Assembly (NCBI GenBank): GCA_965116905.1
Contig: OZ220732.1
Span: 2,912,001 to 2,976,000, forward strand
Length of the DNA stretch: 64,000 bases
Direction: 5' to 3'
Source of the DNA: Longimicrobiales bacterium
GTDB taxonomy: Bacteria > Gemmatimonadota > Gemmatimonadetes > Longimicrobiales > Gaopeijiaceae
Of this stretch, positions 48,392 through 57,860 are shown in pieces. The position numbers were made by a program, and so were the translations under genes. The notes below the pieces were generated by a model. It was not told where the DNA came from. It searched no databases and saw only the letters and a list, made by a program, of their open reading frames with translations. The first letter of the stretch is position 1. Every line of letters begins with the position of its first letter.

Positions 48392-49717
48392 GTGCTGCGC
48401 GCACTCAAACCGATCGACGTCGCGGGACTAGGGTGCGCGCTGGCGTACGGCGTCCTGGCCTGGTCCGCCCGACAGTCGGGCGAGCCCTCGCTGATCCTTT
48501 TCCTCGCTGTCGCCGTGTGGACTGCTCTGCTCGTCTTCGGTCTGTACGCCTACCATCGCCGCAACCCCGCCGAGCCGCTGCCCCTCGGCCGACTCATCGG
48601 GTGGGCCGTCCTCTTCCGCGTCTGCGGACTGATCGGCGGCCCGATCTACGAGGACGACTTCTACCGCTACCTCTGGGACGCGTTTCGATTTGCCCGGGAC
48701 GGCACCCCCTACGGCGTGGCACCGGAAGCCTTCTTTGCCGACCCGGACGTCCCGGCTCGGTTCCAGCGCATTCTCGACCAGGTCAACTACCCCGAATTGC
48801 CGACGATCTACGGTCCGGTGACCCAGCTCGTCTTTCTCCTGGGTTACGGCCTGAGCCCGGGCAGCATCGTTGCCTTGCAGGTGCCGCTTGTGCTCGTCGA
48901 TCTCCTTGCCATCGGCCTGCTCCTTCGCCTGGCGCCGGCGCGCGCCGTACTGCTGTACGCCTGGTGTCCGCTCGTGGTCAAGGAGATCGCATTCACCGCC
49001 CATCCCGACGGCGTTGCGGTCTCCCTGCTGCTTGCGGCGATCGTGCTGGGCCAGCGGGAACGCCTGCGCGGTGCCGCGGTGTGCCTCGCGCTGGCGGTCG
49101 GCGCCAAGGTCATGGCGTTGCTGCTTGTGCCGTTCGTGCTGGCGCGGGCCCGACCGGTGCATTGGGCGGTGTTCGCCGGCACCCTGGCCCTGCTCTACCT
49201 GCCCTTCGTCCTGCAGGGCGGCACCGATCTCGGGACCCTGGTCGTATTCGCCCGGGAGTGGGAGTTCAACGCTGCGCTGTTCTCCTTCCTGAAGCCGTGG
49301 ATGTCCAATGCCGCCGCGCGGACAACGTGCGGGCTTGCGCTGGCGGTCGGCCTGGCCTGGTATCTTGCGGTGTACCGGCGCTCGGCCTCCGCCTCCGTTC
49401 CGCGCGGCGACTGGATCTACGGCGGACTGCTCGCACTGTGGCCGGTCGTCAATGCCTGGTACCTGCTGTGGCTGCTGCCCTTTGCGGTGATCCGGCCCAG
49501 CGCGTGGGCCTGGACGGCGTCGGTGGCGGTGCTGCTCTCGTACGTGACGGGATTGAATCTTGACGATTTGCAGATGGAGCCCTTCGGACATCCGTTCTGG
49601 GTGCGCCCCGTGGAGTACGGGCTGATCGCGCTGGCCATGGCGTACGACGTGAGCCGGCGCGGGCGCCGGGGCGCGCACGATCGCCCGCCGGATCGGGCGG
49701 ACCAGGCGGGTCGTTAA
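48392..49717 (+). CDS. GT87/DUF2029-like polytopic glycosyltransferase (GT-C fold)
   Basis: EDDFYRYLWD, PY..AP, TIYGP, YAWCPL..E, H.D, WEFN, WYLLWLLPF. Confidence 0.75.
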   Translation: MLRALKPIDVAGLGCALAYGVLAWSARQSGEPSLILFLAVAVWTALLVFGLYAYHRRNPAEPLPLGRLIGWAVLFRVCGLIGGPIYEDDFYRYLWDAFRFARDGTPYGVAPEAFFADPDVPARFQRILDQVNYPELPTIYGPVTQLVFLLGYGLSPGSIVALQVPLVLVDLLAIGLLLRLAPARAVLLYAWCPLVVKEIAFTAHPDGVAVSLLLAAIVLGQRERLRGAAVCLALAVGAKVMALLLVPFVLARARPVHWAVFAGTLALLYLPFVLQGGTDLGTLVVFAREWEFNAALFSFLKPWMSNAAARTTCGLALAVGLAWYLAVYRRSASASVPRGDWIYGGLLALWPVVNAWYLLWLLPFAVIRPSAWAWTASVAVLLSYVTGLNLDDLQMEPFGHPFWVRPVEYGLIALAMAYDVSRRGRRGAHDRPPDRADQAGR

Positions 49718-49830
49718 GGCACCTGCGGGTGGCCCGCGGGCGCCTTGCAGGCGGCTTGCGGCGACGCTACGGCCGGTCTAAGGTGGGAACACCTCGGCGA
49801 CCTCCGGAAGCAGAAAGGAAGAATTCCGCC

Positions 49831-50702
49831 ATGACACGCTCAACTTCGGTTCGGCTCGCAGGCGGCTTCCGGACGGTACGGTTCCGTCCGTGGGGACTGC
49901 TCGGCCTTTTCGCGCTGGGCGCGGTGTCGTGCGGCACGCCGTCCGCCGACCCGTCCTGGGCCGACCACGACCCGACCAATGCCGAGCGGCTCGACCACAG
50001 CGAGTGGCAGGCCCTGCTCGACGCCTACCTTGTCACCGACGACCCTTCCGGCGTCAACCTGGTCGACTACGCCGGGCTGCAGGCGAACGGCGCCGACCGG
50101 GAGCGTCTCGCAGGGTACATCGACTACCTGCAGGGACTGGACCCGCGACGGTATGCGAAGGACGTGCAGATGGCGTACTGGGTCAATCTCTACAACGCCG
50201 TGACCGTGCGGGTGGTTCTGGACGCGTATCCCGTCGCCTCGATCAAGGACATTCACGAAGGGTTGATTCCCGGCGCGGGGCCGTGGGGTGACGTTCATGC
50301 GATGGTGGCCGGGGAGCCCCTGACGCTGGACAACATCGAACACGACATCCTGCGTCCGATCTGGCAGGACAACCGGATTCACTATGCCGTGAACTGCGCC
50401 AGCATGGGCTGCCCGAACCTCGCCCCCGAGCCTACACGGCCGACAACCTGGAGCGGCTGCTGGATCAGGGCGCGCGAGACTATGTGAACCACATGCGGGG
50501 CGCGGAACTGCTCGACGAGGCGTTCGGCGTCGTCTCCAGCATCTACTACTGGTACCAGGAGGACTTCGGGAACTCCGAAGCCGGCGTGCTGGAGCACCTG
50601 CGCAAGTACGCGGAAGGCGATCTGGCGGAACAGCTCCGGGACTTCGACGGGTCACTCGACCACGAGTACGACTGGAGCCTCAACGCGCCGTCCACGCCGT
50701 GA
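49831..50702 (+). pseudogene. DUF547-domain lipoprotein with a frameshift at ~50431
   Basis: AVSC lipobox, AYWVNLYNA, LTLDNIEHDILR, RIHYAVNCASMGCP; continues in another frame (SSIYYWYQEDF..YDWSLN). Confidence 0.85.
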
Positions 50703-50749
50703 GCCGGGCATTCGGCAGGGCGGCGTCCCTAGACCACGTCTGGGGCCGT

Positions 50750-51703
50750 CTAGAAGCCCTCGCCGAAGCTGCCCCCGAAGCCGGCGCTGAGTCCGAAGCC
50801 GAAGATGCGTGACTTGGCCGTGTTTCGGCCGCCTACCACCTGCCCGAAGAACGCGTTGAGGCCGACAGTGCCGGTCAGGTCGGCGATCACCCGGCCGCCG
50901 AGAATCTGGGCGTCTTCCTGCAACCCGGGAAACCGGCTCGGTGAAAACCCGTCGCCGCCGATGTCAATACCGGACAGCGCGTTGACCACCCGGTAGTCGG
51001 CGCCGAGCGTCACCCGGCTGCCGGCCGGGATGAAGAGGAACATGTTGTAGAACATGTCGGCGGGAATGTCCACGGTCTCGCCTGCCCCACCGGCCCCGCC
51101 CACGGCATCGGGGTTGACTTCGGTGCCGCCGCGGTTCCGGTAGCCGACTTCCGCCGACACACCGAGGGCCTCCCAGAACTTCCCGACGACGAGCGATGTC
51201 TCAAGGCCGTTGCCGCCGTCTCCCAGCGAATTGATGTACCCGGTGTCGTAGCCCCCCGCGATGATCGCACCGACCCGAAGCGCGACACTGGGTGCATCGC
51301 TGATCAGTTCGTCGACGACCCGCCAGGTCACGGCGACATTGGTGTCGAACAGACCGCTGTAGCTCTCCTGTCCTCCGGCCGGACCGACAGCTCCCGCCAC
51401 GAAGCTCCGTGCCCAGGCGGTTTGCACGTCCAGTGCCACGGCGTCATGGAGCGCGTAGTTGAAGGCGAGCCACACCGTGCTCTGCGCGAGGTTGGCGCCG
51501 GTCGCCTCCAGCGGTCCCTTGACCGTGGTCGTCTCGCGGTAGAACTCGTGCGCGTTCTGATTCACGTACGAGATGCTGAAGGTGCCGGTCCCGGGCTCTC
51601 CGATCCAGGCAGCACCCTGCGCGGCGACCGGTTGGGCCGCCAGGCACGCCAAAAGGCTCGATGAGGCCAGAACCGCCAGGGAAAATCGGCCAGCGTGAGA
51701 CAT
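50750..51703 (-). CDS. Hypothetical outer-membrane beta-barrel protein
   Basis: Signal peptide, beta-strand pattern, Gly-rich, C-terminal Phe; RBS GAAGGAG. Confidence 0.7.
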   Translation of the reverse strand: MSHAGRFSLAVLASSSLLACLAAQPVAAQGAAWIGEPGTGTFSISYVNQNAHEFYRETTTVKGPLEATGANLAQSTVWLAFNYALHDAVALDVQTAWARSFVAGAVGPAGGQESYSGLFDTNVAVTWRVVDELISDAPSVALRVGAIIAGGYDTGYINSLGDGGNGLETSLVVGKFWEALGVSAEVGYRNRGGTEVNPDAVGGAGGAGETVDIPADMFYNMFLFIPAGSRVTLGADYRVVNALSGIDIGGDGFSPSRFPGLQEDAQILGGRVIADLTGTVGLNAFFGQVVGGRNTAKSRIFGFGLSAGFGGSFGEGF

Positions 51704-51774
51704 CCAGATGTCTCCTTCCGGGATGTGTCGGCGCGGCGCACCTGCCCGGTGCACGTCTATCCCACGGACTCAGC

Positions 51775-52152
51775 TTATCCCGCGGACTCCAGCTTGAAGC
51801 GGCGGGTGAGGAAATAGTGCACGACCTCCATGCGGATTCCGCAGTCTTCGATCTCTGGACCGCAGAGCTTCCGGACCGCCTCGTCGTCCGACGATCCCGT
51901 CTCCTCGTCCTCGTAGACCGCCGCGAGGCTGGCGGTCAGGCTCAGCGCCCGATCACGGTCCAGTTCGTTCTTCTGCAGCGGGCAGTCGTCACAGACCAGC
52001 ACCTTGAACGTCAGTGCCTTCCCCTGCGCATATGCCTTGCGCGGGCTGATTTGTCCGGGACCCGTTCCGATCGAACCGGACGGCGGGACCGGCCCGGGAG
52101 CGAAGGCGGCGGTGGCGGCGAGCAGCAACGCCAAACAAGCCAAACGTGTCAT
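51775..52152 (-). CDS. Small secreted Cys-containing hypothetical protein
   Basis: Signal peptide; CDDC and C..C; RBS GAGG. Confidence 0.65.
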   Translation of the reverse strand: MTRLACLALLLAATAAFAPGPVPPSGSIGTGPGQISPRKAYAQGKALTFKVLVCDDCPLQKNELDRDRALSLTASLAAVYEDEETGSSDDEAVRKLCGPEIEDCGIRMEVVHYFLTRRFKLESAG

Positions 52153-52299
52153 TGCAAGGACCTCACAGTCGTCGATTGGTCGCCAGCCGGCGGACGCCCG
52201 GTGAATGGCTTCTTACGCTACATGTCGCACCCGGACCGCGTCAAGCGATGCGACAGAAACGGACATCCCGCGACCTGCGCTCGGGTCACATCCCGCGAC

Positions 52300-53550
52300 C
52301 TACCCTCGGTCCCGGATCCGCAGCCGCCGGCCCGCCCGGTCAAGCACCAGCACAACCCCCATGCCCAGTGCGAAGAGCAGTGCCACCGCAACCGTGGACG
52401 GATCTCCCGTGATCGGCCAGGCCAGCACTTCCCTGCCCTCGGCCGTGTAGTCCGTGAATGGCCACAGCTTGCGCAGCGATCCCAACATGAGTCCCACGAG
52501 CACGGCGAGCGTGCCGTCGCGCCACCTGGCGAACAGTGCCTTCAGGACGCGGGCGAACGTGAGCAGACCGATCGTCACGGCGGCAATCATGGTCAGCACC
52601 ACGGCTATCGCGTCCGGGTCCCAGTGGTTGACCGCCAGACGCAGCGAATACAGGACGAAGTGATAGAGCCCAAGCAGGAGTAGTACGAACGCCCCGGACA
52701 CGCCTGGAAGCGTCATCGCGGATATCGCCAGCACCCCGCCCACAAAGATGAACAGAAGACCCGGATCGCGTCCTCCACCCGTCGGGGCGGGTTGCCACAC
52801 GGCGGATATCTCCAGCGGACCCTCGGCCACCTGGATCGAGCCTGGCGGGAGGTTCCCCGCAGCCCCCGCCATCCGCGCGACGACCTCCAGCTCCACCGAT
52901 GTGCTGCCCGCCGGCACCGCAACCGATCGGGCCGGGCCGTACGAAATGCCGGGCCGCGTCCCGGACTCCGGTGCTTCGAGCGTCAGGTTGCCTCGCGTCA
53001 GGCGCACGTCGGACGGCGCGGGCGCAAATGCCAGCGTCACGGCGCCGGTCGCGAGCCGGTTCGCCGACGTCGGCAGTCCCGTGAACCACGCCGTGGCGAC
53101 GGCCGCTCCCGCTACGAGCGCCCACCGTACAGGACGCCAATGCCCGATCCTCCGCGCCGGGATCATCACCGACGCCGCGACCAGCCCCAGGAACAGACCG
53201 CTCATCTGTGCCGGGTACGCGCTCAGCAGGGACGGAAGCACCAGCGAGCCCGCTGCGATCGCCGGCAGGATGCCCGCCGCCACGAACAGCAGCAGCAGAA
53301 CCCGGCGCGCGTCAGCTTCCTCCGGCCCTTCGCCCAGTCCCGTGGGGTCTCGCAGTCCCAGCCGCACGGCGGTCCGGAACGCCGGGGTGCGGATGCGTCC
53401 CAACATGGCGGCGCTCACGCTGCCGACCGCGTCGACCAGCCGCGGATAGATCCCCAGGATCAGCGCCACCGTTCCCCCGGAAACCCCCGGAATCACATCC
53501 GCCAGACCCATGCAGAAACCGCGTGCGGTGTTGCCGAGCCACTGCTTCAT
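52300..53550 (-). CDS. DUF368-family (undecaprenyl-phosphate translocase) protein with an inserted baseplate-J-like domain
   Basis: GFCMGLADVIPGVSGGTVALILGIY, AISAMTLPGVSGAFVLLLLG, GLMLGSL.KLWPF; ~98-aa soluble insert. Confidence 0.88.
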   Translation of the reverse strand: MKQWLGNTARGFCMGLADVIPGVSGGTVALILGIYPRLVDAVGSVSAAMLGRIRTPAFRTAVRLGLRDPTGLGEGPEEADARRVLLLLFVAAGILPAIAAGSLVLPSLLSAYPAQMSGLFLGLVAASVMIPARRIGHWRPVRWALVAGAAVATAWFTGLPTSANRLATGAVTLAFAPAPSDVRLTRGNLTLEAPESGTRPGISYGPARSVAVPAGSTSVELEVVARMAGAAGNLPPGSIQVAEGPLEISAVWQPAPTGGGRDPGLLFIFVGGVLAISAMTLPGVSGAFVLLLLGLYHFVLYSLRLAVNHWDPDAIAVVLTMIAAVTIGLLTFARVLKALFARWRDGTLAVLVGLMLGSLRKLWPFTDYTAEGREVLAWPITGDPSTVAVALLFALGMGVVLVLDRAGRRLRIRDRG

Positions 53551-54296
53551 GTGGTTTCGAGATTCCACCCCCGGACGTCGTCCAGGCGCGAGTAGCTGGT
53601 CAGATCCAGGTGAAGGGGCGTCACCGACACGAACCCGTCGCGCACCGCGCGAAAATCGGCCTCGGGGCCCCCGTTCCAGTGCGGATCCCCACCGCCGATC
53701 CAGTAGTATCCCCGTCCGGAGGGGTCGGGCGCCCGGGTGATTGCGTCTCGGTACCTGCGTCTGCCCAGGTTGGTCACGCGCACGCCGCGCAGCTCGGAGG
53801 GGGGCAGCGACGGCAGGTTGACGTTCAGGAGCTCGTGCTTCGGGATTCCGTTGCCCACAATCTGTTCCAGCAGGCGCGTCACCACCGGCAGCCAGCCCTC
53901 GACCTCTTCGATCCCCTGCCCCACGTACGAAAACGCCACGGACGGGATGCCCAGGATCGTCGCTTCCATCGCGGCCGCGACCGTTCCCGAGTACAGAACG
54001 TCCTCGCCCAGATTGGGGCCGTGATTGATCCCGGACACGCAGAGGTCCGGACGCTCATCGAGGAACTCGTTGACGGCCAGGATCACACAGTCCGTGGGCG
54101 TCCCGTCGACGATGATGGCTCCGTCGGGCGTCTTGCGCCGCCGCAGGGGCCGATGCAGCGTGAGCGCGCTGCTGGACGCACTCTGTTCGCGGTCCGGAGC
54201 GACGATGTTCACGGTGCCGATCCCCCGCGCGGCACGGGCGAGCACCCGAATGCCCGGCGACAGGTACCCGTCGTCGTTCGTGCAGAGAATGCGCAC
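53547..54296 (-). CDS. surE: 5'/3'-nucleotidase SurE
   Basis: TNDDG..SPG, APDREQSASS, DGTPTDCV, SGINHGPNLG, YSGTVAAAMEA, SVTPL. Confidence 0.96.
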   Translation of the reverse strand: MRILCTNDDGYLSPGIRVLARAARGIGTVNIVAPDREQSASSSALTLHRPLRRRKTPDGAIIVDGTPTDCVILAVNEFLDERPDLCVSGINHGPNLGEDVLYSGTVAAAMEATILGIPSVAFSYVGQGIEEVEGWLPVVTRLLEQIVGNGIPKHELLNVNLPSLPPSELRGVRVTNLGRRRYRDAITRAPDPSGRGYYWIGGGDPHWNGGPEADFRAVRDGFVSVTPLHLDLTSYSRLDDVRGWNLETT

Positions 54297-54315
54297 CGGT
54301 GGGCGGTCCGCAGGC

Positions 54316-54672
54316 TCAGGCCGGCGGAAGGGTCAGGACTTCACGCAGTTCGGTAAGCCCTTCCTTGATCGAGGCCAGGACCGCGGGCTCCGTCTGAAAC
54401 GCGCGGGCGTCGTCCACCTTGCCCGACCGGCGCATCTCCTGCAGCTCCCGCTTCGCGCCCTCGATTGTGAAGCGCTTCTCGTAGAGGAGGTGCTTGACCA
54501 GGAGGATCGTCTCGATCTCCCGCATGCGGTAGACGCGGCTCCCGCCACGATTCTTTGTCGGAGACAGGATGTCGAATTGGGTCTCCCAATACCTGAGCAC
54601 GTGTGCCTTAAGTCCTGTCAAACTACTAACTTCACCGATCGAGTAATAGGTTTTGCGAGCGATCGGCTCCAC
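54316..54672 (-). CDS. MerR-family transcriptional regulator
   Basis: YYSIGEVS..HVLRYWETQF..P.KNRGGSRVY, LLYEKRFTIEGAK. Confidence 0.9.
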   Translation of the reverse strand: MEPIARKTYYSIGEVSSLTGLKAHVLRYWETQFDILSPTKNRGGSRVYRMREIETILLVKHLLYEKRFTIEGAKRELQEMRRSGKVDDARAFQTEPAVLASIKEGLTELREVLTLPPA

Positions 54673-54674
54673 GT

Positions 54675-55715
54675 TCAGCTCCCTTCCCCGAAGTTGAGGA
54701 AATCCGGGTTTTCGGATTTCGGTTCCCTGGTCATGAGACGGTGCAGTGCCTCCATCGGATCCGCACCCTCTGCGACAATGCGGTGGACTTCGGCCGAGAC
54801 AGGCATCTCGACGCCGAGTTTCCGCGCCAACCGATGGACCGCCCGTACGGTCGCGACCCCTTCCGCCACCGTTCGCGCGTTGCCCATGATTTCGCTCATG
54901 GACCGTCCCTGTCCCAGCTGCACGCCCACCGTCCGGTTGCGGCTGAGGCCCCCGGTGCAGGTCAGTACAAGATCGCCCATCCCGGCGAGACCCGCGAACG
55001 TAGCGGGTTGCGCACCGAGAGCAACGCCCAGGCGCGTCATCTCGGCGATCCCCCGGGTCATCAGCGCGGCCACGGCGTTGTGTCCCAGCTCCAGCCCCGC
55101 CGCAACACCCGCGGCGAGCGCGATCACGTTCTTGAGCGCACCGCCCAGCTCCACACCGACGACGTCCGGATTGGTGTAGACGCGGAAGCGGTCGGTCTGG
55201 AACAGCGCCTGCGCGCGCAGACACGAAGCCTCGTCCCGGCTCGCGATCACGACCACGGTGGGCGCCCCGGCAACCACCTCACGCGCGAAGCTCGGCCCGG
55301 ACAGCACGCACAGCCGCCTCGACTGTTCCGCCGGCAGCTCTCCGGCAAAGATCTCGTCCATGCGGCGCAGCGTCGCCACTTCGATCCCCTTCGACGCGCT
55401 CACCACCGTGGCCTCGGGCGGGATCAGGGGGGCGGCCTCGGCCAGGACCGCGGCCGAGTACTGTACCGGGCACACCCATACCACCGTCTCGGCCCGGCTC
55501 AGGGCCCGCGCCATCGAGTTGGTGACGGACAGGCGCGGGTCGAGGTCGGCCCCGTCAAGGTACAGGGCGTTGCGCCCGGTGTCGGCAAACGAGGCCACGA
55601 CCTCGGGCTCGCGCGCCCACAGCCGGACGGCCGCACCCGTGCCGGCCAGGAGGTTCGCGAGTGCCGTCCCCCAGGCACCCGCGCCGATCACCGCAACCCT
55701 GTGCCGAGGCGTCAT
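54675..55715 (-). CDS. gpsA: NAD(P)H-dependent glycerol-3-phosphate dehydrogenase
   Basis: GAGAWGTALA, SKGIE, SGPSFA, GGALKNVIA, GDLVLTC..SRN, AEGV. Confidence 0.96.
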   Translation of the reverse strand: MTPRHRVAVIGAGAWGTALANLLAGTGAAVRLWAREPEVVASFADTGRNALYLDGADLDPRLSVTNSMARALSRAETVVWVCPVQYSAAVLAEAAPLIPPEATVVSASKGIEVATLRRMDEIFAGELPAEQSRRLCVLSGPSFAREVVAGAPTVVVIASRDEASCLRAQALFQTDRFRVYTNPDVVGVELGGALKNVIALAAGVAAGLELGHNAVAALMTRGIAEMTRLGVALGAQPATFAGLAGMGDLVLTCTGGLSRNRTVGVQLGQGRSMSEIMGNARTVAEGVATVRAVHRLARKLGVEMPVSAEVHRIVAEGADPMEALHRLMTREPKSENPDFLNFGEGS

Positions 55716-56392
55716 GTGCTCTCGTCACCGGCGTCATCGCCGCCGGCGTCGTGGTCACGACCGTCGTTGTCGCCGCCACCGCCGCCGTGGCCGCCACTGC
55801 TGCCCGCGCGGGGCTCAGTCCCCGCCAGCAGGCGGCGGATATTGGAGCGGTGGGCCCAGATCACGAACACCGCGATGAAGCCGAGAAAGACGCGGACGGG
55901 CGGGTCGAGGTCCGGAAACACGATGCCCAGGATCCCGACCACGAGCGCGGCCGCCATCGAGGCAACCGACACGGTGCGGGTCGCCAGCATGCCGAGGAGC
56001 CAGGCCCCGAGTCCCGCAAGCGCGACCATCGGCGCCATGGCGATCAGAACGCCCCCGCTGGTCGCGACCCCCTTCCCCCCCTTGAAGCCGACCCAGAGCG
56101 AATACACGTGGCCCACGATCGCCGCCGCTCCGTAGATGACCGGCCACACGGCCGCCTCCTGGCCGTCGAGACCCGGAAACCACCAGACGGGCGCAAACCC
56201 CTTGAACACATCGGCGACCATCACGAAGGCCGCCGGCCGCCACCCCAGAACACGGAAGACGTTGGTGGCCCCGAGGTTGCAGCTGCCGAGCGTCCGCAGG
56301 TCCTTGCCGTAGAGGAACCGACCGACCCAGAAAGCCGATGGCACGGCGCCTGCGGCATAGGCCGCCAGGGTCAGGAGCAGTGGGGTTGTCAC
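55712..56392 (-). CDS. plsY: Glycerol-3-phosphate acyltransferase PlsY
   Basis: GS.NLGATN, D.FKG, GH, FKGGKGVAT, HRSNIRRL..G.E. Confidence 0.94.
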   Translation of the reverse strand: MTTPLLLTLAAYAAGAVPSAFWVGRFLYGKDLRTLGSCNLGATNVFRVLGWRPAAFVMVADVFKGFAPVWWFPGLDGQEAAVWPVIYGAAAIVGHVYSLWVGFKGGKGVATSGGVLIAMAPMVALAGLGAWLLGMLATRTVSVASMAAALVVGILGIVFPDLDPPVRVFLGFIAVFVIWAHRSNIRRLLAGTEPRAGSSGGHGGGGGDNDGRDHDAGGDDAGDEST

Positions 56393-56546
56393 GGCACCTC
56401 GTTTGCGCCGAACGGCGCGGTGGACCGGGTCGCTGCGGCCAATCGTCCGCCTCTCCCCACGACGTTAACCACAACGTGGCGTCCGAATCCAGACCGCGTG
56501 GACGGGCGGCGCGGCCGCGCGCAGACACATCCGGCACGGTCGCGCG

Positions 56547-57860
56547 TCATTCGCCGCTCCTGCGAAGCCGCAGGCGGATCGGGACGCCCGTGAAGTCCCA
56601 TGTGGAGCGCAGCCAATTGACGACGTAGCGCCTGTAGTGTTCCGGGATCTCGTCGGGGAGGTTGGAGAAGACGATGAACGTCGGTGGCGCGGTGCGGGCC
56701 TGCGTGGCGTACTTCAGCCTGACCGGGCGCCCGCGGGCGTGCGGAGGCGGCTGGCGGCGTGCCGCGGCCTGGACCGCCTCGTTGACCTGGGCGGTGCCGA
56801 TGTGCTGCCTGCGCCGGTCCGCGACCTCGAGCACGAGGTCGAGCGCCTTGCGGATGCGGAGACCCGTCAGGGCAGAGGCGAACAGGAACGGGACGTGACC
56901 AAGAAAGGGGGCTCGTCTTGCGGCATCGCGCTCGAACTCGGCCGCCGTGCCCGTGTCCTTCGCCACAAGGTCCCACTTGTTGCATACCAGCACCACGCCG
57001 CACCCGGCCTCCCACGCCGTCTCCGCCACCTTGACGTCCTGCGCGTGCAGCCCTTCGGCACTGTCCACCACCACCAGGCAGACATCCGCTTCGCGCACCA
57101 CCCGGGCGGTCCGCAGGCTGCAGTAGTACTCGATCGAATCCTTCATGCGTGCGTGGCGACGGAGTCCCGCGGTGTCGACGAACGTCAGGTTGAGGCCGTG
57201 GTATTTCATGGGCAGGTCGACCGGATCGCGCGTCGTGCCGGGCACGTCGCTCACCAGCACGCGGTCCTGGCCGAACAGCCGGTTCACCAGCGAGGACTTC
57301 CCCGCGTTGGGCTTTCCGATCACGGCGATGCGCAGATCGTCGCTCTCGGGCCGGCCTTCCTCGTCCGGGAGCAGGGGGACCAAAGCATCGAAGAGGTCGC
57401 CAAAGCCCCTGCCCGCGATCGAGCTGACCGGATGGGGCTCGCCCATTCCAAGCTCCCAGAAGTCCAGGTGCGTCTGCTCCGTGGGCAGGTTGTCGACCTT
57501 GTTCACGGCCAGGAGAACGGGCTTGTCGGCCCGGCGCAGCACTTCGGCAAGCTTCTGGTCCAACGGGTGAACCCCCGCCCGCGAATCCACCAGGAACACG
57601 ACGACATCGGCCTCCGTCACGGCGGTCATCGCCTGCTCACGGATCAGCCGGTCGATCGTGCGCCGGGAGCCTTCCACGACGCCGCCGGTGTCGACCAGGA
57701 AGAAGTCCCGGCCGGTCCAGTCGGCCTGCCCGAAATTGCGATCCCGGGTCACGCCGGGCGTGTCGTCCACGATGGCGACCCGGCGCCCGATGGCCCGGTT
57801 GAAGAAGGTGGACTTGCCGACGTTGGGCCTCCCCACAACCGCGACGACGGGGAGGCTCAT
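56547..57860 (-). CDS. der: Ribosome biogenesis GTPase Der (EngA)
   Basis: Two G domains GRPNVGKS and GKPNAGKS, GVTRD/GTTRD, NKVD/NKWD, KH-like C-terminus. Confidence 0.97.
   Translation of the reverse strand: MSLPVVAVVGRPNVGKSTFFNRAIGRRVAIVDDTPGVTRDRNFGQADWTGRDFFLVDTGGVVEGSRRTIDRLIREQAMTAVTEADVVVFLVDSRAGVHPLDQKLAEVLRRADKPVLLAVNKVDNLPTEQTHLDFWELGMGEPHPVSSIAGRGFGDLFDALVPLLPDEEGRPESDDLRIAVIGKPNAGKSSLVNRLFGQDRVLVSDVPGTTRDPVDLPMKYHGLNLTFVDTAGLRRHARMKDSIEYYCSLRTARVVREADVCLVVVDSAEGLHAQDVKVAETAWEAGCGVVLVCNKWDLVAKDTGTAAEFERDAARRAPFLGHVPFLFASALTGLRIRKALDLVLEVADRRRQHIGTAQVNEAVQAAARRQPPPHARGRPVRLKYATQARTAPPTFIVFSNLPDEIPEHYRRYVVNWLRSTWDFTGVPIRLRLRRSGE

Noticed and set aside
52300..53550. Prophage or contractile injection system implied by the baseplate-J-like sequence
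   Set aside because: Only one sub-domain is present, in-frame within a membrane protein, and there are no sheath, tube, spike or other phage genes in the window.
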